Shown: one piece after another, positions 11,406 to 23,400 of the stretch
Numbering within the stretch: position 1 is the first letter of the stretch
Layout: the number at the start of each line of letters is the position of its first letter
NCBI GenBank assembly: GCA_047495785.1
Contig: JBLDXI010000002.1
Coordinates: 372,001-436,000, forward strand
Reading direction: 5' to 3'
Source of the DNA: Lepidodermella squamata
Taxonomy: Eukaryota; Animalia; Gastrotricha
DNA length: 64,000 bases
Notes under the pieces: model-generated
Database searches by the model: none
What the model saw: only the letters and a program-made list of their open reading frames with translations
What the model was told of the DNA's origin: nothing
Made by a program: the position numbers and the translations under genes

Positions 11406-14400
11406 TCATATTTCGGTTTGATTTTGCTGACTAGTCGAAGCTCCCTGAATTTGTTGCATATAGGCCATGCTATTAGCCGCCCGACTATAGGCCGCTTCCT
11501 TGTACTGCTTAGCCGCAAGGTGTTTGCGCCAGTTTCGTTGAATCGTCTTAGCCGCGACTTCTTCCTTTTTCCGCTGCTTGGTCGACGAAACTTTTTGAAC
11601 TTGTTTCCGGTTAGGAAATGTCTTTTTGAACACGTTTTCCAGGTTTTCTTTCACCTGTAGGAAATCTTCGGTTTCTTCCATGAAGCCCAGAGCCTTTCGA
11701 ACTACGCCCATTAGGATGTCTAAACAATGGACGATTTCTTCGCCGTTATGCCGGTCTTTCATTATTGGAATGTCGAGTAATGTCAGCGCATGATCGTTGG
11801 GCTAGAAAAATACAGACGAAATGAAATGAAAATTGAAAAAATCAATTTAAATTCAAATTTTGAAATTTTGAAATATTTTTTGAAATTTGAAAAATTGTTT
11901 ACGAAATTAAAAGAAAATATTATATTTATTATTTATTATAGTATTTTATTACCTTTGAAAGAGCTAGTGGAGGGTCGAGGGCTGAGACGAAGTTTGAGAG
12001 GTCAGCCAGCGGGATGAACTGGGTCGCAGCCGGGTCATATTGCTCCCAAACAACGTAGAATTTCTCGATATCATCATCAGTCACGCCCGTATCTTCTTGC
12101 TGGGTCGCTTGCTGGTAATTATCCAAAATTACAGCAGCAAACATATTCCTGGAAAAAGGTAAGTTCAGAATTTACATAATTAATTTCCGTATTTTAATAA
12201 TTTCCAATTTAATTTCGGAATTTTTGAAATTTTCGGAAAAATCAGCAATCATCTATGGATCGTATCTTTTCGAATTTCCCCAACTAAATTTCAATTTAAG
12301 AACTTACACTATGATGAAATAGCTCAGCAGAAGGTACGAGATGATGTAGACTGTTGCGACATGAAAATTGCCGCAATTTCCCCAACCACCGGAACCTTTT
12401 TCTGGAACCATCTCTCCATTCGGCCTGGTCCAATAGGTCCGATTGCAGCATGGATTACAAGTTGGCCTTCAAAGGAAATTATTATTGCAGTTTTTTAGAT
12501 TTTTAAGTAAAATTACAGGCTGCAATTAGGATTGCACCCGCTTGCCGGGTCGTCCGTAAAACTTAATCCCTGATGAATGTTATCCCAGCCGGAAATTGTC
12601 GTCAATCGGAACAAGGTCAACAGGGCAAATGGGAATGTTTGAAAATTGACGAGCGCGTCCATATTCCCAGCGAAATAGCCGACATGCCCGAATAGGTTCA
12701 TGCCAATGATGGAGTAGATGAAGATGACCAAGAACAGCAGGCAGCAGATGTTGAATAGCGCTGGTACGGACATGATGAAGGAGAACAGGAGTTTGCGGAC
12801 ACCCTTCGAGGCGCGAAATAGCCGCACGACGCGACCGACACGCAAAACTCGTAAAATTCGCAAAATTGACGGCGAGACATTGTAAGATATCAGCAAATCC
12901 TGAATAGCCATTCCTAATATTTGAATAAAAGTTAATTTAATTTTTGAAAATTCAAAAATTTCGAAATTTTAATCGACCATTTGAAAAAACAAATTTTAAA
13001 TCATTAAAAAAAATTTAATTTAAATTTGGGGAAAGCTCTTTGAAGAATCAATTTTAAATTTTTGAATTTTTATAAAATTTCACAATTTTTTACCGATAAT
13101 TGAAGATATGACGACGAAGAAATCGAAGACATTCCACGGTATGCGAAAGTAGTGCTGTCGATAGCCGCCAATTTTCAATACAGCCTCCATAGCGAATATT
13201 GTCGTGAACATCAAATTTAGCAAATCTTGAGCCATTCTGAATAAAAAAATAGGAAAAATTTAAATTAAATGAACCGCTCTATTTCTGATTGAAATCAATG
13301 TTTTCCTTTGAAAAGTTGGAAAATGGAAAAAAAATCAGTTAATTTTCTGATTCTAGGTCTCACTCAAAAAACGAATACTAGAATGGGCCGGCATAGCTAG
13401 GAAAAATTGAAACATTTCCGAATTTCAGCCAAAGTTTGAATGAATTAGGAATTAAGAACCAAGTATGAACGGGAAATTACAAAAAAAGAAAAAATACCAG
13501 AGAAATTAGGTCCAACAGGCAAAAATACCAAAAATTACCGAACCTGTTACTATCGGGTTTTTTCGGGTTTTCTCAGGTAAATTTTAATTTTGCAGGTAAA
13601 CCGCGATTTGAGAACGGCAATTATCAATCTTGAGAAATTCGGTGAATTTTTTGCTCAAACTTGAAAAATTCGGAAAATTCGGAGTTGCGCAACATGGGAC
13701 CCGTTGTATCTAGGTCATAACCTGGAGAACCCGATTAAATATTTTCAATAACAAAAATTTTCAAAAAATATGTTGCGATTGATATCATAAGCTTACGCAG
13801 GTTAATCCATAAAAAATCGAAAAAATCAGCGAAATATATTACGTGAAAGCAGGCGGCTGATCAAAGTGTTCCGTAGCCATAACGATGACATTGGCCATAA
13901 TAACAACCGCAATGGCATACTCAAAGCGTTGGCTGCTCGCTATGTTGAACAAAAACAGCGAAAACGCATTCGCCGGCTTGACAATAGCCTTGCGCGGCTT
14001 CTTCGAACCCAACTGTTTTATCGTTGTGTAGTACTTTTTCTGCGAATCGGTCATGAACAACAGCATCGCCGTGCCGCCCTCGTACTTCTTCTTCAACGCG
14101 TTGAAATCATCGATGATAACACCGACGAAGAGGTTGAGAAGGAAAAACGAGCAGATGACGATGAAAACAACGTAGAATACGTAGTAGTTGATGTTAAGCT
14201 CAGGCGCCGGCTGATCGCCGATGTTGTCCGGCGAGTCGACCGAGTACTGATAGATGGACGTCCATCCCTCGAAGCTGCCCATTTGAAACAGGGCGAGATA
14301 CGCCGTGAATACGTTGTCGTAGTTGACGTAGTAGTACGCCCATTGCCACGTGCCGGTGTTGTTGAGGCAAGCGGCTTGGTTTGGGGCCAGCGAGCGGGGC

Positions 14401-17400
14401 ACTCGGTTGCCGGTTGCGACTTCGACGCACATCCAGAACTTGCCGGCGAAGAATTGCACGCCCATGATGGCGAATATGAGCCAGATTATCATGACGACGA
14501 GCAGGACGTTGACGATGCCTGGGATTGCGGTGATTAGGGCGTTGACGACAATTTTCATGCCTTGCCAGCGAGAAATCTGTGAAATTAAAAAATAATTAAA
14601 AAAAATATCAAAATTCTCAAAAAATATCCAAAATATCCAAAGAAACAGAATTGGTTTCATGCTCTAAGTTTAGAACTCATAAAATTAAAAAAAAATCAGA
14701 ATTTCATTTATTTTCAATTACCTACCGCAATATTTTCATTTCCATTCAGATTTTTTTTTAATTTAATTAAAAAAAATCAAATTAATTTGGGACACTAAAT
14801 TTCAGTGCGATTTTCGTTTCCTGGACAGCTAAAATCGGAAAAAATCACTGATGTGTAAAATCGATACTTGAAATCGATAACTTAAATAGATATACAGCGT
14901 GTCCCAGAAAGTGACTGTTTTTTACTTAGGCAGTTTTTTATTTACCGCGATTTTACCGAAGAAATAGAAAAATTACCGGAGAAAACCCGGAAAAACCCGA
15001 TGGTAATTGGATCGGTAATTTTCGGTATTCAACCCAATTTCTCCAAAATTTTAGAGTTTCTGAACCCTTTCCTGAGCACTTTCTTTGCTTGCGTTGCTTA
15101 TAGGACACGCTGAATAGGAAACTTTTCCTAACAAATAATTTCAATGGCTAATTTCGATAATGTGTTGTTCAGTTAGAGGAAGAGCGTGCTTACCGCTCGA
15201 AGTGGTCGCAGGGCTCGAAGGGTTCGTAAAGCTCGCAAAGAAGACAGGTTGACCCCAGTTGCGGCTGAATCGAGAGCAACATCGACAAATCCGGTCTGCA
15301 ATTAAAAAATTAAAAATATATTGAAAAATTTCTCAATTCGAATTTCACTTTAAAATTTAAAAAAATAGAAATTCAGGTCGAAAATTGAGAATTTTTAATT
15401 TTTATTAACTTGAAATTCATCTTGAAAAGTTCAAAAATTTCAATTTCAAATTTTAAAATTTCACTTTTGAAAAATTTCAAATTTTTTAAATGTGATCCCC
15501 TTGCATAATTAATGACTTAATTAAAAACTTGAACTAACCACGACAATGACGAAATCGAGGAGTGTCCAAAACGAGGTGAAATAAGCCCGCACACCAATCG
15601 CAAACAATTTGATCAGCAGTTCAATCGTGAAAACGCCCAGGTACACGTAGTCAAAATAGCCCAGCACAACGTCCATCGTCGAGCCCTCCTCAAGCGTCGC
15701 ATCTTGCAGGCAAAGCGTTATCGAACTCGCGAAGATGAACGCGAGAATCGACCATTCAAACACCTTGGAATTGCATATTTTAAATGCGAAATTACGAGCG
15801 GCCCACAGTTTAGCGCCCAGGGGTGCGTCCTGGTGGAAGGGTGCCATACATTTCGCCAGCCGGGTGTCCCAACACGGCCAGCAGCAGTCGATCATTCGAG
15901 CGTTTTCGCGCGATGTCGTCGACCGGCCTGTTGTAGTTTTAGCTGTTGTTGTAGCAGAGGTTGTTGTTGAAACTGCGTCCGTGTAAGTATCGGTATGACT
16001 TTGGCGATTGCCTGATGTCTCTTCGTCATCAGCTATCGTTTCTTCAGCTGCTTCGACTCGTATTCGAACGCGGCGGTTGTGATCACCCTCAGTTGTTACT
16101 TCTGCCCCATCGACTGCAAGAAAAATTCCCATAATAAATTAAAATTTCAAGTAAACCACAATTTTGAAAAAATCAATTAAAATTTAATTATAGCGTGTCC
16201 CATAAGTAAAAAATACTCGGAAAATCCAGAGAAATGTGGTCCAACCGGGTAAAATGCCAGAAATGACCGAACCAGTTATCATCGGGGTTTTCCGGGTTTT
16301 TCCGGTAAATTTTTTATTTCTTCAATTAAATCGCAGATCAAAGAAAAAAAGTAATTTGAGGGCTAAATTTGAGACTCTAGCACTAGATTTCCCTAAAATA
16401 TGCTTTTTTCAAGTTCGAAGTTTCATCCGGAATCTCAATTTTCGTGTTGTCTTGCCTAGCCAATAAATCTTCAAAAAAATTCCTTCGAAAATTCCTTTTT
16501 ATTATTGAGACGTCCCATTCGTTGAATGGATGGGCCGAAGCCATGGGTCCCGAATGAGCGCTCTTAGTGTCGCTTGTTGGGGTCTCTTGAGGACAGCTCG
16601 GTAGCGATTAGTGCAGTCTCGCTGACACTCCTAATCTACCACTTTTCACTTTTGTAGCACGATGGAGTGGTCGGCCACCGTCGGGGTAGAGCGTCATTGA
16701 TAAACCACGGTCGACCCGGGTGGGGATCGAACTCGTGCCCATCGATCTTGACGCTCAATACACAGCAGACAGCTATCCACTGAGCTACTGTGTGCCCCCT
16801 TCAAGTTACGCGTATTTTGCGCTAAGAAAGTCAATTCATGAGTTTTATTTCAGCCTGTAGTACCGATATCGATTCCAAGTATCGATTTTACAAATCAGCG
16901 ATTTTTCCGATATCAACCGTCGTTGAATCCGACATCACTAATATTCCTACGTAGCTTGGGGCTCCAGGTAGCTAAAATTAAAAAATCCTACTTCTGGGAA
17001 ACTCTGTAGAAAATTCAACTCCAATTAAATTAATTTGCTTAATCATGGCGAAAAAAATGTAAACATTTTGGAATAAAAAAATTCCACCTTAAAATTCTCA
17101 TTTTTAATAGTTTTCTCAGGTGTTTGTATGAATAAGCGCCAAAACTTGACCTTGTCGTGCGCGTTTTATTCGTCTTATTCTATTATTCATTTGAGGCCCA
17201 AATATACTTGCGTGAGGAAAGAATCGATTGCACTACTAATGATGCACCTATTAAAGTCAATATTATCGCAAAATATCGAGGTTAATATTTGCGCATTTAA
17301 GTAGGACGCCACATGAAAGTGATCGATGATCGGCAATAAAAAAAAGAAAATTCCTTCAAAAAAGCTAGAAATACTATAAAATTTAAATTTTAAATTGAAA

Positions 17401-20400
17401 CTTGAGGGTAAATTTGAATATTCAAGAAAAATTAAAATATTCTAATTTAATTATTAGAAAATTGCATCAAAATCATAAAGAGCCATGTGATCGAAGTAAA
17501 TGTTTTTATAAAAAGCTGAAATTAAATAAATTTTGTCGTTTTGAGCTAAAAAATATTTAAATTTTACCGTTTTTCGGTAAATTTTTATTTAATATTTAAG
17601 ATTCGATAATTTTGGAGCCAGATCGGCGTCAAATTTATCAAAATGTATTTAAATTTCCTGTTTGACCTCATTTATGACAATTTATTGTCAAATTTTAATA
17701 AAATTTGGCTGAAAACGACAAAATCTGGCAAAAATCAAATAAAATCTATGTCCTGCTCGGGGCAGGACATAGATTTTATTTTATTTTTGGCGAAATTCCT
17801 TAAAATTAATATATTTTTGCCCAAAATCGATTACGCAACAGGGCTACAAACATCGCCAATTCCTGTCCAGACACTTTCTCCTTCGAACCGCGCTAAGTTT
17901 GAGCAGGCACTTGTGATGTTCGTCTTCATATCAAGTTTATTGAAGTCGAGCTTGATTTTTATCAATTTCGTCAAAATTTCATCGAAAATTTCGACTAGTT
18001 GACCCCGACGAGCAAAGCCTACTGCACTACCCTTAAGCGCTAGATAAGTGGGAAAAACTATGTGCGCCTTCTTTCTCTTGCGGTAGCCAGTTTTCATCAA
18101 CACGCTCGTTTCGCGATGTTGCAATATTATGAAGCACGCAACGGGCACACAGAATACATGTGTAGCGGAGTGTAGCGAAATTTCAATTTGTTATCATCGC
18201 GAATGACTCTGAAGCAACCTTTGAGTATACCAAAAAGGCATTCGATGACAATTCGAACGCGGCCTGGGATCGACGCTGAACTTCGCTCAAAGGATCACTC
18301 AGATGCGTTATGAGGGACACCAAACATGGATACCCAGAGTCGCCGATGAGGTTCACCAGGATATCGAATTTCAGTTTTAATTTCTTGTGTAATTCTTGCC
18401 CCTTTCTTTCTTGCCCTTCTTCTCGTCATCATCATCTTGTTTCCCATCGCCAACCGATCAACGCGAAGCGAAAATTGCGACTACGATTATACTAGTTTCA
18501 AGTTCTAGAACACGAAATAAGGCTATAACTTGGGGAACCTTGAAATTAGAATTTTTTGAAATGTTGAATAAGAAAAGACTGAAAAATTCAAGTTTCTTCG
18601 AGGAACTGAAAGTCTCGCCTTCACTTTTCAACACTGAAAATGAAATCGGAATTGACCCCAATTTTCTATTTGTATAGTTGCTACAATCTGTGTTTCGCAA
18701 TATTTTCTCTTGTTACGAAACAGCAATAATTTTCAGGTTTTCTGAAAATCAGATAAATTTAATAAAAATTAGGGCAAATTTTCTTTCGATCACACCCGGA
18801 AAAATATTAATTTAATAAATTTACTGGGAATATAGTTTCATAAAAACATTCTTTTCGATCACATGGCTCAAAAATAATCAAAATTTATTAAATCATTGAA
18901 TTTTGAAAAAATAATAAAAATAAATAAACGAACCATCCTCTTCCGTGTTGCTAGCCCCATTCTCCTGAACTTGACTACTGCCATCACCCTCGCAGTCACC
19001 CTCGAAATCAGCAATGGTCGACCTTCGCCTCGCTGTTCGACTCACCGGCTCAACAGCGCCACTCGACTTCGGGCAGCATTTATCAATGGCATTCTTAAAA
19101 AAAGCCTTCAGCCACCGCTTCATGAGCCTAATCCTCTTCCGCAGCCGGTGCTCCTCCGCGTCCTTTGTCCGCTTTTTCAGGTCATCGGCGTTGAACGCGT
19201 TAAGGAGGACGGCGAGGAAAAGGTTCAGGACAACATAACTGCCGATAATTAGCGTGCAAATGTAGAATGGCACGCAAATGGCGGCGCTGTTCGCCGAAAT
19301 GCAGTCCCACATAGGCTGGTACGTCTCGCGGCACAGCACGCGGAATACCATCATGAAGGCGTGGAAGAAGTCGTCCCAGTTCCACTCGGGTATGCCGGTG
19401 AAGCCGGGGAATGGCGTGAAGGTGGGGCGTTTACGGAAAACGGCGTCTGTGTAGGTTCCGCCAAATAGCTGCATTCCGATGACGGCGAAGATGAAAATCA
19501 CGATTAATAGGACAAGCATCAGGTTTCCGATCGCGCCAACAGTTCCAAGAATAATTTCCAATAACTAAATTAAGAAAATATGTTGAATATTCTTTTGAAA
19601 AAATTGAAAAATTACCGTTCGCATAGTTTTCCAAGATTGAGCTAATTTTAAGATCCGGAGCTGGGTAAAATAAATCATTAATTATAATGTTGATGATTTT
19701 GAGGTTTTTATACCAGTCGAAGGAGTCGAATGACGCTGGTGTTGAAGTTGGAAGAAATGTTGACGTTGCTAATCACGATGTCGAGGATGCTGCCGATCAC
19801 AACTAAAAATCGAATTTATTACAATGAGCCATAAAAAAGAGCGGAAATTGCAAAGAGAGGAATTGAGGGAATTTTGGACAGTCATTCGAAATTTTAACAA
19901 ATTATAAAATTCTGAATTTTTTTTTTTGAATTTTGATTGATTAATTTATTTAAAAGATAGGTAGATTCATCAATTTTGCATCCTCCTTGATTTATTGGCC
20001 CTGCAGTTAATTTTTTCAAAATTTCCTAATCTTCCTAATGCTACCTATAGTGTCCCATTCATATATTGATAAAAATCTAGAGTAAATTCTTAAGGAAAAA
20101 TCAAGAACCGGGTAAAATACCGATTATTACCGAGCCAGTTACCATCGGGTTTTAACGGGTTTTCGCCGGTAATTTCAGAATTTCTCCGATGAACATGCGG
20201 AAATTACATACATAGGAAATTTCCCCAAGTCGGTTTGATTTTCAAAATAAAAGAAATTTCAAACACCCTCAAAGTAAGCTTGAGCAATATTTGAGACACT
20301 CTGTACCCCGGACAATTTTTTATTGAAAAATGAAATGAAGGAAATTCCAAATTTTATTCGGAATATTTCGGATTTTCCTTCATTTCATGTTGTTTTTGAA

Positions 20401-23400
20401 CAGCCATAGGCCATAGTTTGCCATAGGAAAAATTATCTTAAAAGACATTTTCAAAATTGTTTTAAAGAAATTGAACCAATTTTTTGTAATGAAGTCCATA
20501 TGAGTTCCTTTATCCACGATTTTACCGGAGAAAACCCCGGTGGTAACTGCTTCGGTAATTTTCGGTTTTTACCTGGTTCACTCAAACTCCCTCGGATTTT
20601 AGCATCCTATTCAAAATAGACATACTTAATTACTTGTCTTACGGGATTTTAGATTTTTCTAAGATTTTTCTGGCCATAAGATATGACTTCCCCTCTCATT
20701 TTAGGTTTTAGGGTTTCTGATCCATTTTCCGTGAATTTACCAATAAAATCCAGCCAGTTCCACCTGTTGACGAAATATTCGCGGCACATGGCCGATATTT
20801 TCAGCACCGCCTCAATGATGAAAATGTACGTGCAAACGTCGTTAATCGTGCCAAGCCTCGCGTTCCACTCATCCGGAATGCCGTAGTAGTAAGCAGCCAT
20901 CGATATGGTATTAACAACAATTGTCAGCGTGATGAACAACTCGAAAAACGGATCAGTCGCTATTTGAAGCAGAATCCCCTGAAAACGAATCCAGACGAAA
21001 AACACGCGGTGCCAGCAGCACGATATGCAACAAACCGGGTTCCGGTCCCAGAACCCGATTTTATCCACCCGCCGAACTGAAATCACACTCGGCGGCCGCG
21101 AGGCGACGTGATACCTCGAATCAGCATGGCTGTATTGCTTGAATTTATCGATTATATGCCGATTGATAGCCGGGTTAGCCGCCATCACCTCACCCGCGGG
21201 TTGGGTGTTCAAACTGACCGATTTATTGACAACGCCATTAGGGTGACTAGTAATTTTTTCCGATGGCAATTTTTGCGGTTTAACCACAGCAACTGGTTTG
21301 CCTATAGCCGCGGCTATTTCGGGGAGTTCAGTCACAGTCGGCTCCTCAGGGATCGCGCTGGTACTAGGTAGGTCCCCATTAGGGTGACTGGGTTCCTCAT
21401 GGGTGACGCCAAGGTGCCGTTCTGTGACGTCTCGAACTGACATGAGACTTCGAGTCCTGGCATCAGGGCCGTCGTAGATTATTCGTAATTTATTAGGATC
21501 GAAGACAAATCGACGTTTTCGCCGCTTTGTGGTGACAGGTAGGTCGTCGAGGTCGTCCTCGGCCTCTTCCTCCTCGACCTGGTACGACAGCGCGACAACG
21601 GCCTGCACGAGGTTGGCCAGGTAGTAGTTGAGGAAGACGAGCGCGAATAGGAAGAAGAGGAAAGAGGCCGGGCCGTTAGACGCTATCACCGCGTGGTACA
21701 AGAAGTCCCAATAGTCGGTATTGAAAATTTGAACAGCTATCATGAAAGAACTGAAAACAAAAAAATTATTGAAAATTGAAAAATTAAAATTTCAAATTTT
21801 TAAAAAATTTTAAATTTTTTGCAAACCTGTAAAAATTGTCGAAGCTAGTAAAGTCGTTATTTCTGCAAAAAATTTAAAATTACTAAAATTATTAAAATTT
21901 AAAATTTAAATTTAAAATTACGGATTCGGAGATCCTTTGACCAATATGCAAGTGTAATTGTTTGGACAGCTCCTAGTGGGAGAAAATTTCATTATGGGGA
22001 TTCCTGGAAAGGTTCAATCTTACTGAGCTCCGGACATATTGCCGCAGACCATGTACTCCCAGCCGTCATCTTGCATGTACCAATTGCTGGAATTTGATAT
22101 CCACTCGTTGTAGGACGGGGCTGATGGGTCGGCTAAGGATACGTTTGAAAGGTTCAGCCCGACTGAATCAGCATTCAGCACACATTTTGTCAGCAAAGTT
22201 CCTTGGAACAGCTGCAAAAAAAATTTTAAAATTGAAAATTATACAAAATTAAAATTTCAATTTTTCAATTTTTCAAATTTCGAATTTCAAAAATTCTATT
22301 TTTGTATATTAAATTCTATTTTTTTTAAATTTATGAAACCCTTACCTGGACTCCAAAGAGGGCGAACATGGTAAAGAAAAATATAGTCATAATTAGGACG
22401 TCTCCAAGCATGCGAAGCGCCCGCATCAGGGCTTCGATGATAGATTTAAGGCCGGGTATAATTGCTATAGTTTTCAGCACGCGAAAGACTCGAAACGTTC
22501 TCAACGCTTGAATGTTCACCGAAGTACCGGACGACACGGCTTGCGCTATTATTGTTGCATAGGCTGATACGAGCACGATGAAATCTAGCCAATTCCAGCC
22601 TTCTCTAAGGTATGTATGCCGGTTTACTATTAGCCCGCGGGCGATTGCTTTGACAATTGCTTCTAGGGTGTAAATTGCTAGGAAAGTGTACTCGGGTATT
22701 GATTCGGAAATGTTCATGGCCATTGAAAGCTGAAAAAATGGAAAAAATAAAATAAAATCTCTCCAAATTATATTTTTTAATTTTGAAACAAAATTCGTCA
22801 AATAAATACACTAAAAAGTCATTAAAATCGATTTTGCAAATAATATATTCTGTCCCCATGTGACAGCATTTCTAGATAGAGTTGGGCCCTTCAATGAACC
22901 TTTTCTTAGCTAACACCGTTATTGGCAAAATCGCTAAGGCGTGACGGCAGGTTAGGTCACGTGACCAAATTTGTACTGGAATATCTTTGCAACGGTATAA
23001 AATAAAAATATGGAATTTTCATAATTTTAATCCCCGTTTTCCCATTACTTAAAAGGTTCATGGCAGTATGGAAAGAAATTTAATAGTTTTTTCTGGAATT
23101 TTTTCAAATTTCAAATTTCAAAATCTAAAATTCTAGATTTTATCCCAGTCGAACGCCGGTTACATCGATACGAACTAACCAACGTGTAACCATTAGGTGA
23201 CGCGGTAGTTGGTAACGTCTTGGTTAGATCGCCATGAAACGCCTTGCTCGCGCATGGCGATTTGAGAGGAAATAGCGCCTTCTAATGGCAATGTAACCAC
23301 CATATAACAGCTGAAATAGGTACATTCAAGGTCTAACCACCGCGTTACGCTGTTATAACTTATGTGCCCACAGTCAGTTATCGAAAATAAAGGCACCGGC

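Noticed and set aside
13866-14595. Plus-strand 223-aa and similar antisense ORFs over channel exons (also 35513-36064)
   Set aside because: They are shadow ORFs opposite GC-rich coding exons.
16715-16799. tRNA gene
   Set aside because: A and B boxes are present but there is no convincing cloverleaf or poly-T terminator; it continues into a SINE body and A-rich tail.
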